From sequence record DRR378314_195: DNA of 41,784 bases. One strand, given 5' to 3'. The notes beneath the pieces are model-generated. The model was not told the DNA's origin. It made no database searches and was given only the letters and a program-made list of their open reading frames with translations. The position numbers and the translations under genes were made by a program. Positions 27,984-37,452 of the stretch are shown piece by piece (positions within the stretch are counted from its first letter, which is position 1; every line of letters starts with the position of its first letter).

Positions 27984-28796
27984 ATGTTTCGCTATTTCGG
28001 CTTTGGTTCCAACATGAGTATGCTCTCGCTGAGGGCCAAGGGTGTAGAGCCCCAGACGTCGAGACGGGCCGTGTTACGCGGTTGGCGCCTGCGCTTCAAT
28101 GTGCAGCACTTCTTCCGTCACGAGGGAGGTGTCGGCAACATCGAAGAAACCGGGAACCCGGATGACCGTGTTCTCGGCGTTCTCCACGACTGCCCCGATG
28201 AAGCGCTATCACTGCTGGACGACGCGGAAGCCTATGGGCACGGTTATGACCGTATAGAAATCGAGGTGGAACCGGATGACGCCCCCGCTGTACACGGCCA
28301 GACGGTGCCAGCCCTCACCTACGTGGGCATGCCCCAGTTTATCGACAACGGGTGCCTGCCCAGCCGTCGTTACCTGAACATTGTTCTGGAAGGAGCCCGC
28401 CAGGCTGGGCTGGATGAAGAATACGTGGCGTCATTGGCCTGTCAGCCGATACACCAGATTGATGATTATCCGGCATTTACGGCACCACCCGGCGAGTACC
28501 CAACATTTGACCGGGATTCGCTGGCCAAACACCCCCTTTGCACAGCGCTCTACGGAGCGGTGTTTGATATGTCCGACGCCAGGCCTTTACATCAGTTCCT
28601 CAAGGGCTTTTTTGGAGGCCGGGACATGACGCTTTTCCACCTAAGGCGGCTGGACAGCAGTAACGTTGATGAGACTATGGACGATATCCGGAACGGACGC
28701 CTCAATAAGGCCCAGAAGCAATACCTCAACGCTTATTTGAACGAATACGCCAGAGAGTATCGCTACGTCGGCCGGTACGACTATGATAAGGACTGA
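27984..28796 (+). CDS. Gamma-glutamylcyclotransferase family protein with C-terminal cytochrome b5-like domain
   Basis: YFGFGSNM, LRGWRLRFN, VLGVL, LDDAE and PSRRYLNIVLEGA; C-terminal TFDRDSL...ALYGAVFDMS...FFGGRDMT. Confidence 0.82.
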   Translation: MFRYFGFGSNMSMLSLRAKGVEPQTSRRAVLRGWRLRFNVQHFFRHEGGVGNIEETGNPDDRVLGVLHDCPDEALSLLDDAEAYGHGYDRIEIEVEPDDAPAVHGQTVPALTYVGMPQFIDNGCLPSRRYLNIVLEGARQAGLDEEYVASLACQPIHQIDDYPAFTAPPGEYPTFDRDSLAKHPLCTALYGAVFDMSDARPLHQFLKGFFGGRDMTLFHLRRLDSSNVDETMDDIRNGRLNKAQKQYLNAYLNEYAREYRYVGRYDYDKD

Positions 28797-28805
28797 GGAG
28801 TTCGC

Positions 28806-29513
28806 ATGACGTCTTTTCCGCCAGCCCTGGCACACAACGCTATTGAAGAGATCCTGCCCGATCTGTTTTTCGTCAGCGGTGCCATGGAAACCGTTCTTAT
28901 GGACCTGGACTGGCAGTTCAGCCGCAATATGACCATCGTCCGTGACGGTGAGAGGCTGATCCTCATCAACACCGTCCGCCTTGGCGAAGACGGCCTGGCG
29001 GAGCTGGACCGGCTGGGCAGGGTGACCGACGTGATTCGGCTCGGGGCCCTACACGGTCGTGACGATGCGTTCTATGTTGACCGTTACCAGGCGCAGTATT
29101 GGGTTATGCCTGGCCTGGAACCCGAGACTCCCGCTGAGGCGAAAGCCCTCGACCAGGCGTTACCCCTCCGTGACGCCTCATTGTTCCAGTTCGAAACCAC
29201 CAGCCTGCCGGAAGGCGTACTCCACCTGAACAGGGATGGCGGCGTCCTTGTCGCCTGTGATGCGCTGCAGAATTGGCTGAAGCCCGACGAGCACTTCTGC
29301 GACGCCTCGCGCCAGCGGATGGAGCAGATGGGATTCTTCACACCGGCCAACGTTGGCCCAGTCTGGCTGCAGGCTGCGGAACCGGCAGCGGAAGATTTTA
29401 ACCGACTCAAAACACTGGACTTCAGGCACGTCCTCTGCGGTCATGGCGAGCCCCTGCTCGACAGCGCCAAAGAGGACTTCATCGCCACCTTCACTCGACT
29501 GTTCCAGTGCTAG
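28806..29513 (+). CDS. Metallo-beta-lactamase-fold protein (DUF4336-like)
   Basis: RNMTIVR, LILIN, VIRLGALHGRDD, VLVACDAL and VLCGHGEP; GAGGAG RBS. Confidence 0.75.
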   Translation: MTSFPPALAHNAIEEILPDLFFVSGAMETVLMDLDWQFSRNMTIVRDGERLILINTVRLGEDGLAELDRLGRVTDVIRLGALHGRDDAFYVDRYQAQYWVMPGLEPETPAEAKALDQALPLRDASLFQFETTSLPEGVLHLNRDGGVLVACDALQNWLKPDEHFCDASRQRMEQMGFFTPANVGPVWLQAAEPAAEDFNRLKTLDFRHVLCGHGEPLLDSAKEDFIATFTRLFQC

Positions 29514-29538
29514 GCGCAATCCTCCGGAGAGGCACCTG

Positions 29539-32500
29539 ATGCAGAGCGATTTACAGCTGCCCGGCTACACCATTGCCTCCTGCCTGTGGAGAAAGACAGG
29601 CCGAGTGGCCTATCGCGCACGTCGACTCGCAGACGGAGCGGACGTCAGCATTGAGACACTGGACACTGAGTATCCAGACCGCAGGCAGGTGGCCACCCTG
29701 AGCCACGAGGCCAGCATTGCCGCCCGCCTTGAGGGCATAGAAGGCGTGCGCAGGATCCACGCGGTAATGCCGCACGGCAGCGGCAACCTGGCGCTTGTGA
29801 CGGATTTCCACGACAGCTCCCTTGCCGTCATGCTGGATGAGCGCAGCAACAGGCGTCTGCCCGTTTCGCAAGTATTGGCCATTGCCCAGACGCTGGTGCA
29901 AATCCTGAGCGACATCCATGGCCAGGAAATCGTACACAAGTCGCTGGCGCCCCATAACGTCCTGCTAGACACCAAACGTGGCACGCTGGCGCTATCGGGC
30001 TTCAGCATAGCCTCAGAACTGGGACAGGAGCGGCAGGCCAAACACCTCCCGGGCCAGCCCGAGACAGCGCTGGCCTATATGTCGCCGGAACAGACCGGGC
30101 GCATGAATCGAAGCCTCGATTACCGCTCGGATTACTATTCGCTCGGCTTGCTGCTGTTTGAACTGCTGACCGGCCAGCTTCCATTCTCCGCTAAGAACAC
30201 CCTGGAATGGGTGCACAGCCACATCAGCCGCCTGCCTCTGGCACCTCACACGTTATCCCCGGACATACCCGAAGCCGTTTCTGACATCATTCTGAAACTG
30301 CTGGCCAAATCTCCGGAGGGGCGTTATCAGAGCAGCCTGGGACTGTTGCATGACCTTTCCCGGTGCGCCACTGCCATCGAACAGGATAAGCCACTGCCCC
30401 CGTTCCCATTGGGAGAGAAGGACCACCTTCAAAAGTTCCTTATTCCACAGGCACTCTATGGGCGCGAACGGGAACTGCAGGAACTGCTGGATCTATTCGA
30501 ACAGGCCGTCGAGGGACGCACCCGCTTCTGCCTGGTTCACGGTTACTCGGGCGCTGGCAAATCGGCACTGGTCAACGAGATTGATCGTTACCAGATCCGC
30601 GAACGCGGCTTCCTGGTGCAGAGTAAATTTGACCAATTCCAGCAAGGCGAGGCCTACTCAGCATTGGCCGCAACCTTTCGCGCGCTGGTTCAGCAGGTCA
30701 TGCTGGAACCCAAAGAGAACCTCGACATCTGGCGTACCCGTCTGACCAATGCACTCGGCCCCAACGGCGCTCTGGTGGTCGACCTGGTGCCGGAACTGGC
30801 GCTCATCATCGGCGAACAACCCCCGGTAGCCGAACTGCCCCCTTCCGAAAGCCGCAACCGACTGCAACTGGTGTTAACGGCTTTTCTAAGAGTGTTTGCC
30901 GGCGAGGGACACCCAGTTGTCCTCTTCCTGGACGACCTGCAATGGAGCGACACTCCAACGCTCGATCTGCTACGGCGCATTGTCACCTCCAGAGAACAGA
31001 GCCATCTGCTGCTGATCGGCGCCTACCGCAGTAACGAAGTCGGCCCCGGGCACCCTCTAAGGCTGCTGCTGGATGACCTCAACAACCACCGGCGTATTCA
31101 CCAGATCCCGGTCGGAGCACTGGACCAGACGTCCGTAGAACGCCTGGTCGCCGACGCCCTGCGGTGCGAGCCCGACACCAGCCACACCCTCAGCGAGATG
31201 CTGTTTCACCGGGCCCAAGGCAACCCGTTTTTCACCAACGAACTGCTTCGCCAGCTCCACGCCCAGGGCGCGATCTGGTCAGACTCGGGCAGCGGTGACT
31301 GGCACTGGCAGCTCGACAGGGCCAGTTGGGAAGAAACCAGCCAGGATGTGGTTGAGTTCATGCTGGACAACCTGCGACGGCTCCCAGATGAGACGCAGAA
31401 GGTGCTCAAACTGGCCGCCTGCATCGGCAACACCTTCACCCTGCAGACCCTCACCACCATCTATGAACAGTCGGTTGCTGAAACCGCCCGGGCCCTGCTA
31501 CCCGCACTAAAGCAGTATACCCTGCTGCCTCTGCACAGCGATTATCGTCTGGCGAAGCACCAGGAGGAAGAACTGTCTCTCAACCCCAATTACCGCTTTC
31601 AGCACGACCGGGTACAGCAGGCAGCCTACAATCTCATCGCCGCTGAAGAACTACCACGGGTGCACCTATCGGTAGGGCGCCTGATGCTGCAGAGTTGTGG
31701 CGGTGACGTCGCCGATGACGAGTTGATCGATATCGTCAATCACCTCAATCAGGGGCGGGTTCTGATTCCGTCGAACGAAGAACGTCTTCAACTGGCCGAG
31801 TTCAATCTCCGTGCCGGTAGTCGCGCCCGACAATCGTCCGCCTATCAACAGGCGCTGGACTATTTGCGGGTCGCGGAGGAACTATTGCCGGGCGATGCCT
31901 GGGCACAAATGCCATCACTGATGGCAACCCTGGCCGCCGAAATGCAGCTCTGCCTCTACCTCAACGGTCGCACGGAAGAGGCCGACCATTGGCTCGAACA
32001 GATGCTGGACCACGCAGAATCCGCCCTGCACCGTGCCGATATCCTTGCCATTCGCACCCGACAGAACGCCACGCTGGGCAGAATGGAAGCCTCCATTCAC
32101 GCCGCCATCGAAGGGCTGGCACTGCTCGGCGTTAACTTCACCGAGCACCCCAGCCAACACGATATTGATGTAGAGCGCCAGCGGGTGGAGGCGTATCTGG
32201 CGGGCCGAGAGATTGCCGATCTGGTTGATGCTCCCATCATTGAAGACCCCGCCACTTTGGCCGCCATGCGACTACTGATGGAAATCTTCGCTGCCGCGTT
32301 TCTGTCCGGTAGCAAGCTGTTCAGCTATCTGGTGCTCAAAGCGGTGAATCTGGCGCTACACCGGGGCAACTGCCCCGAATCGGCGTTTGCCTACGCCGCC
32401 TATGGCATGTTGTTGTGCGGAGAATTGGACGAACCTGCCGTTGGCTATCAGTACGCCAAGGTTGGCCTGGCGATCAATGAACGGCTCGACGACCTCAGCC

Positions 32501-34599
32501 TGCGGGCTCGTGTTATCTATGTGTACGCCATGTTTGTGCATCACTGGAGCAACCACTGGTCAACGTTAACCCCCTGGTTCCGCAAAGGCATCGAAGCGGG
32601 GTATCAATCCGGTGACCTGCTCTACCTCGCCTACAGTGCCCAGGACTGCGTGATCTGGGACCCAGGCTTGGATCTGGAAACCGCCCGCCAGCAGCATGAG
32701 GAGAACCTCGAGATCGTTCGCGAATGCGCCTACCAGGATTCGCTGGACTCCGGCTCGCTTTTCCTGCAGATGCAGCGGAATTTCGTGGGGGATACCCACA
32801 CACTGTTCAGCCTGAGCAGCGATGACTTTGATGACCAGGCCTGTCTTGACGCGATGAGCGAACGTCAGTTTATGACCGGCATCGCCAATCACCATATCTA
32901 CAGCGCCGAAATCAATCTGCTTTACGGTGACTACGAACAGGCGCTTCACTTTGTTCGAAAGCAGGACAGGCTCATTAAATCCGCGATGTCCCTGCCCCAG
33001 CTCGTACGCTTCTACATCGTTGCCAACCTGACGCTCACAAGCCTCTACCCCACCATGAATAAGGCCGAGCAACGCACCACGCGCCAGCGCCTGGGACAGG
33101 ACCTGGCCCGCATGACCCGCTGGGCAGACAACTGCGAGGAAAATTTCCGCCACCTGCAATGGTTGATGACCGCAGAGCTCGCCCGCCTGGACGGCGACCA
33201 CGATGCGGCACTGGTACACTATGACGCCGCCATCGATGCTGCCCGGGCCCATGGATTCCTGCACGACGAAGCCAGTGCCTTTGAGCGTGCTGCACGACAC
33301 TTGCTGGCAATCGGTAAACGGCGCTCCGCCGAGGGTTATCTGCGCGGAGCCCATGGCGTTTACAACCGCTGGGGTGCGCAACGCAAGGTACAACAGCTGG
33401 AAGAAGAGTTTCCGGTGTTGCGCGAGTGGGTACAGGCCCACTTAAGTCCATCAGGCGGCCATCTCTCCAGCCTCGATCTCGCTTCGGTGATGAAAGCATC
33501 CCGCGAGATCTCAGGCGAAATGGTGCTGGATCAACTGCTGCAGAAAACCCTGGCCATTCTGCTGGAAAATGCCGGAGGACAATGGGGTTGCCTGATCGTC
33601 CGCTCTGAGGGGGCATTTCGCGTTGAAGCGGCCATCCTGCCGGAACAGCAGCCATTGCTCGTTGACATCCCCGAGCATTCCACACTGCCCGATCACCAAG
33701 GCAACCCTCTCGCTTTACCCATGAGCGTGATCAGCCAGGTGTTCCAACGGGGCGAAGCCGTTGTTCTGCACGACGCCATGGCCGAAGGTCCGTTTGTGAA
33801 CGACCCCTATGCCGTTCATCTGCACCCACGTTCTGTGCTCTGCGTCCCCATCGTCAGGGAACGCTTTGAAGCCGCGGTCTACATGGAGAACAACCTGACC
33901 GACGCTGTCTTCACCGACGAGCGGGTGGAACTGATCCAACTGCTGGCCGCCCAGGCCGCCGTCGCCATCGAAAACGCACGTCTTTACACCCAGGTACAGG
34001 ACCATTCGCGTACCCTGGAAGACAAAGTGGTTGAGCGTACCGCAGAGCTGGAAAAACTCAACGAGGAACTGCAACGGCTGGCAGACCGCGATGGCCTGAC
34101 CGGTGTGGCCAACCGTCGCTCTGGAGACGCCTACCTCAAGGACACGTGGCTGCGCCTGCGGCGCCAACCACAGCCACTGTCCGTGATTATGCTCGACGTG
34201 GACCACTTCAAGCATTTCAACGATAACTACGGCCACCAGATGGGCGACGACTGCCTGATCAAGGTTGCCGAAACGCTGCAGGGCCAACTCCAGCGCTCAA
34301 CCGATATGGTCGCGCGTTACGGCGGCGAGGAGTTCATGCTGATACTTCCCAATACCGACGAGAATGGCGCGTTGCAGGTTGCCGAAAATGCCCGCCTCGC
34401 CATCGAAGCGCTGGATATCAGGCACGACCACTCAACCGCCCGTGACTGCATCACGGTCAGTGTTGGCTGCGCCACCATCGTTCCCGGCGAAGACAGCAGC
34501 CTCGACGAGCTGGTGTTTGCTGCCGACGAGGCACTCTACAAAGCCAAAGAGAGCGGCCGGAATCGGATTCAGGCCGCTGAGAGTGCTGAAACTGAGTAA
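29539..34599 (+). CDS. Ser/Thr-kinase-like + AAA ATPase + helical repeats + GAF + GGDEF diguanylate cyclase
   Basis: AYMSPEQTGRMNR...DYYSLG; Walker A GYSGAGKS; Walker B LFLDDLQW; GNPFF; FQHDRVQQAAY; GAF SVLCVPI...AIENARLY; DGLTGVANRR, DVDHFKHFND and RSTD..RYGGEEF. ATG at 29539 follows GGAGAGG. Confidence 0.93.
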   Translation: MQSDLQLPGYTIASCLWRKTGRVAYRARRLADGADVSIETLDTEYPDRRQVATLSHEASIAARLEGIEGVRRIHAVMPHGSGNLALVTDFHDSSLAVMLDERSNRRLPVSQVLAIAQTLVQILSDIHGQEIVHKSLAPHNVLLDTKRGTLALSGFSIASELGQERQAKHLPGQPETALAYMSPEQTGRMNRSLDYRSDYYSLGLLLFELLTGQLPFSAKNTLEWVHSHISRLPLAPHTLSPDIPEAVSDIILKLLAKSPEGRYQSSLGLLHDLSRCATAIEQDKPLPPFPLGEKDHLQKFLIPQALYGRERELQELLDLFEQAVEGRTRFCLVHGYSGAGKSALVNEIDRYQIRERGFLVQSKFDQFQQGEAYSALAATFRALVQQVMLEPKENLDIWRTRLTNALGPNGALVVDLVPELALIIGEQPPVAELPPSESRNRLQLVLTAFLRVFAGEGHPVVLFLDDLQWSDTPTLDLLRRIVTSREQSHLLLIGAYRSNEVGPGHPLRLLLDDLNNHRRIHQIPVGALDQTSVERLVADALRCEPDTSHTLSEMLFHRAQGNPFFTNELLRQLHAQGAIWSDSGSGDWHWQLDRASWEETSQDVVEFMLDNLRRLPDETQKVLKLAACIGNTFTLQTLTTIYEQSVAETARALLPALKQYTLLPLHSDYRLAKHQEEELSLNPNYRFQHDRVQQAAYNLIAAEELPRVHLSVGRLMLQSCGGDVADDELIDIVNHLNQGRVLIPSNEERLQLAEFNLRAGSRARQSSAYQQALDYLRVAEELLPGDAWAQMPSLMATLAAEMQLCLYLNGRTEEADHWLEQMLDHAESALHRADILAIRTRQNATLGRMEASIHAAIEGLALLGVNFTEHPSQHDIDVERQRVEAYLAGREIADLVDAPIIEDPATLAAMRLLMEIFAAAFLSGSKLFSYLVLKAVNLALHRGNCPESAFAYAAYGMLLCGELDEPAVGYQYAKVGLAINERLDDLSLRARVIYVYAMFVHHWSNHWSTLTPWFRKGIEAGYQSGDLLYLAYSAQDCVIWDPGLDLETARQQHEENLEIVRECAYQDSLDSGSLFLQMQRNFVGDTHTLFSLSSDDFDDQACLDAMSERQFMTGIANHHIYSAEINLLYGDYEQALHFVRKQDRLIKSAMSLPQLVRFYIVANLTLTSLYPTMNKAEQRTTRQRLGQDLARMTRWADNCEENFRHLQWLMTAELARLDGDHDAALVHYDAAIDAARAHGFLHDEASAFERAARHLLAIGKRRSAEGYLRGAHGVYNRWGAQRKVQQLEEEFPVLREWVQAHLSPSGGHLSSLDLASVMKASREISGEMVLDQLLQKTLAILLENAGGQWGCLIVRSEGAFRVEAAILPEQQPLLVDIPEHSTLPDHQGNPLALPMSVISQVFQRGEAVVLHDAMAEGPFVNDPYAVHLHPRSVLCVPIVRERFEAAVYMENNLTDAVFTDERVELIQLLAAQAAVAIENARLYTQVQDHSRTLEDKVVERTAELEKLNEELQRLADRDGLTGVANRRSGDAYLKDTWLRLRRQPQPLSVIMLDVDHFKHFNDNYGHQMGDDCLIKVAETLQGQLQRSTDMVARYGGEEFMLILPNTDENGALQVAENARLAIEALDIRHDHSTARDCITVSVGCATIVPGEDSSLDELVFAADEALYKAKESGRNRIQAAESAETE

Positions 34600-34616
34600 T
34601 TAAGCACAGAGGAACC

Positions 34617-34859
34617 ATGGAATTCACCTTCCTGGGCTGCTCACCAGCGCCTCCATGCTGTGCTCGAAAACAGCAACTTCACCGAAAGGAACCTGGAACG
34701 ACAGCTGTTGCAGGACAAACTACGGGCGGATAACGCACATTCCAAGAGCTGCCCGCCGAAGCCATGCAGCACTATAAGGGCCAACTGTTCCTGGCCCGGG
34801 ATTTTGATACTTATCGACTGGAAAAGGACTTGTCGCTGAGTTGTACTTTAGAAGATTGA
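34617..34859 (+). pseudogene. rnz: Ribonuclease Z relic with large internal deletions and frameshifts
   Basis: RBS AGAGGA followed by MEFTFLG. A shifted frame gives QRLHAVLENSN and FTERNLERQLLQDKLRADN. The original frame resumes as QELPAEAMQHYKGQLFLARDFDTYRLEKD. The first frame stops after 38 aa. Confidence 0.75.
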
Positions 34860-34885
34860 TGGACCAACCTTGAGCTCATGAGCCT

Positions 34886-36067
34886 ATGATCAACGCTTTT
34901 GCCATATCCAACTACCGTAGCCTCAAGAACATCGTCGCTCCCCTCTCTGGCCTCAATGTTGTGACCGGGCCCAACGGCTGTGGCAAATCCAACCTGTATA
35001 AGTCGCTGCGATTGCTGGCAGATACCGCAAAGGGCAACCTGATCTCGTCGATCGCTCAGGAAGGCGGGCTCGATTACACCTTCTGGGCCGGGCCGGAAAC
35101 ATTCACCAAAAGCATGAAAGACGGCTCCGCTCCTGTCCAGGGCTCCGCAAAAAAACAGAACAGCCGTCTGAGGCTGGGTTTTGTGGGCGAAGACTTCGGT
35201 TACGCTATTTCATTGGGTATGCCGGCACCTCAGGGATTTGCGGGCTATCAGGATCCCTCAATGTTTCAGTTCGACCCAGAGATAAAGCGCGAATGTATCT
35301 GGGTTGGCAATGTCTGTCGACCCAGCAGTTGCCTGATTGACCGGGTCGGCCCCGTCGTGAAAGTGCGCTCTGGTCGCAACTGGGAGGTCTACGACGCACA
35401 CCTCAACACTTACGATAGCATCCTCAACGAAATCAGTGATCCGGTGGCCGTACCCGAGGTGCATGCCGTGCGGCAAACCATCCGCAACTGGCGCTTCTAC
35501 GACCAGTTCCGTACCGATCCGCAATCCATCATTCGCACACCGCAAATAGGCACGCGAACCCCTGTACTTGACCACGACGGCCACAGCCTGGTGGCGGCCC
35601 TGCGGACCATATACGAGATTGGCGACCAACAGGCACTTTATGACGCAATCGCGGATGCCTTTCCCGGCGCCACCATCAACTTTGAGGCAGACTCTGGCAA
35701 CCGCTTCGTATTGCAGTTCCTACAAGATGGGTTGTTGCGCCCCTTAAATCAGGCGGAACTATCCGACGGCACGCTTAGGTACCTGTTGCTGATAGCGGCA
35801 CTACTCACACCCAGGCCACCTTCTCTGATGGTATTAAACGAGCCCGAAACCAGCCTGCACCCAGACTTACTTCCCGCCCTGGGGCGCCTGATCATACATG
35901 CATCCCGGGAAACCCAGATTTGGGTGGTTTCCCACGCGCCACGTTTGGTAGCTACTCTGGAAGAGAATCGCGACTGCAACTCCATCGCTCTGGACAAAGA
36001 CCTTGGCGAAACAGTTATCCTCGGGCAGGGATTATTGGACGCACCACCCTGGCAGTGGGCAGATTAA
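34886..36067 (+). CDS. Stand-alone ABC/SMC-type ('AAA family') ATPase
   Basis: NYRSL, Walker A GPNGCGKSN, signature LSDGTLR, LNEPETSLHP and VVSH. Confidence 0.88.
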   Translation: MINAFAISNYRSLKNIVAPLSGLNVVTGPNGCGKSNLYKSLRLLADTAKGNLISSIAQEGGLDYTFWAGPETFTKSMKDGSAPVQGSAKKQNSRLRLGFVGEDFGYAISLGMPAPQGFAGYQDPSMFQFDPEIKRECIWVGNVCRPSSCLIDRVGPVVKVRSGRNWEVYDAHLNTYDSILNEISDPVAVPEVHAVRQTIRNWRFYDQFRTDPQSIIRTPQIGTRTPVLDHDGHSLVAALRTIYEIGDQQALYDAIADAFPGATINFEADSGNRFVLQFLQDGLLRPLNQAELSDGTLRYLLLIAALLTPRPPSLMVLNEPETSLHPDLLPALGRLIIHASRETQIWVVSHAPRLVATLEENRDCNSIALDKDLGETVILGQGLLDAPPWQWAD

Positions 36068-36094
36068 GCCGAAGACCCGCAAACAGGAGAGCAA

Positions 36095-36763
36095 ATGACT
36101 TACCAGTTCGAAGACCTAAAAAAGTCCTGCCAGATCGAATGGCGAGACTACATTGAACACAGTTTCGTAACGCAGCTGGGCGATGCATCGCTTGCCCCCG
36201 AAGCGTTCCAACACTACCTCAAGCAGGATTACCTGTTCCTGATCCAGTTTGCCCGGGCCTTTGCCCTGGCCGCTTACAAAAGCCCAACCCTGTCGGATCT
36301 CCGCCAGGCCAAAGAAGGGTTACAGGCTATCGTGGATGTAGAACTGGGCTTGCATATCAACTATTGCAAGGAATGGGGCATTTCAGAAGCGGAACTTGCC
36401 AAGCTGCCAGAAGCCCGCGCCACCCTTGCCTACACACGCTATGTGCTCGACACCGGCAACCGCGGCGATCTTCTGGACCTGCATGTTGCACTGTCACCCT
36501 GCATGGTGGGGTATGGTGAAATCGCCAACTGGCTGAACAACCGGGCGGAGACCATTCGGGGTGACACTAACCCCTATGACGCCTGGATCGCCATGTATGA
36601 AAGCGACGAGTTCCAGGACGCCATGCACGCGGAAATCCGCTGGCTGGATGAACGGCTGGCCGAGGTATCCCCAGCCAGGTTCGAGCAGCTTACCCGGGTA
36701 TTCAGCGACGCCACCCGGTTGGAAATCGATTTTTGGGAAATGGGGCTTAAGCAGAGCGACTGA
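36095..36763 (+). CDS. tenA: Thiaminase II / aminopyrimidine aminohydrolase
   Basis: YLKQDYLFL, AYTRYVLD, catalytic PCMVGYGEI, NPYDAWIAMY and LEIDFW. Confidence 0.93.
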   Translation: MTYQFEDLKKSCQIEWRDYIEHSFVTQLGDASLAPEAFQHYLKQDYLFLIQFARAFALAAYKSPTLSDLRQAKEGLQAIVDVELGLHINYCKEWGISEAELAKLPEARATLAYTRYVLDTGNRGDLLDLHVALSPCMVGYGEIANWLNNRAETIRGDTNPYDAWIAMYESDEFQDAMHAEIRWLDERLAEVSPARFEQLTRVFSDATRLEIDFWEMGLKQSD

Positions 36764-36775
36764 GAAACGCGCTGA

Positions 36776-37120
36776 TCAACCACAGCACTTTTTGAATTTA
36801 AGACCACTGCCACAACTGCAAGGATCATTGCGGGAGGGCAGCTTCGCCGTGGTCACCGTGGACGCTTTGTTCAGGAGTGCGTTCAGCTCGGTAATGGATT
36901 CGACAGCGCCCTCGCGGGTATCGACCGTAATATTCGCATGCAGCTTTGCCTCGGCCACCTGAGCTTCGACCTCCTGCTTGCGCGCATCACTGGTGACCAC
37001 CAGCGTGAGAGGGAACTTCTTACTGCCACTCTTCTGACTGGCCTTGGTCTGGAAACCGCCATGAGCGGTGTGGTGCTGGCGTGCGTCCTGCCGGCCCTTA
37101 TAGAAGAACTTGTCTGACAT
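36776..37120 (-). CDS. SEC-C metal-binding motif protein
   Basis: C-terminal SRNDPCSCGSGLKFKKCCG. Confidence 0.88.
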   Translation of the reverse strand: MSDKFFYKGRQDARQHHTAHGGFQTKASQKSGSKKFPLTLVVTSDARKQEVEAQVAEAKLHANITVDTREGAVESITELNALLNKASTVTTAKLPSRNDPCSCGSGLKFKKCCG

Positions 37121-37277
37121 ACTGAAATCTCAATGAATGGATAGGTGCCTGGCTCACAACGAAACATGGGCTACCATTAGGCGAGAGGTTTTAGCATGCT
37201 TACGGAATGGGATATATAGTCATACGTGTAAATTCTATGAACAACAGTCAATAACACAAGAAACAACGGAGAACTCT

Positions 37278-37421
37278 ATGACCCTTCATCTTGAACTCGC
37301 ACCCCTGATTAGCCTAGGTGCTGGAATCGGTATCCTCGTATTCCCCAAATTGCTTAACTACATTGTCGCCGGGTACCTGATTGCTCTGGGTGTCCTGGGG
37401 ATTTTCGGTCATTCATTTTAA
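37278..37421 (+). CDS. DUF3096 small membrane protein
   Basis: PLISLGAGIGILVFPKLLNYIVAGYLIALGVLG; GGAG RBS before the ATG at 37278. Confidence 0.85.
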   Translation: MTLHLELAPLISLGAGIGILVFPKLLNYIVAGYLIALGVLGIFGHSF

Positions 37422-37452
37422 GCCTCTGGAGATAGGCGCAGCGCAGCAACCA

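Noticed and set aside
29353-29538. 62-aa N-terminal extension of the 1748-aa ORF
   Set aside because: It overlaps the MBL gene in another frame; a good RBS and the domain start support the ATG at 29539.
34886-36067. ATPase as part of a known anti-phage system (Septu/PARIS/Gabija-like)
   Set aside because: No adjacent nuclease, TOPRIM or helicase gene; it is followed directly by tenA.
36060-36095. TPP riboswitch upstream of tenA
   Set aside because: Only 27 nt of intergenic space and no CTGAGA-type aptamer core.
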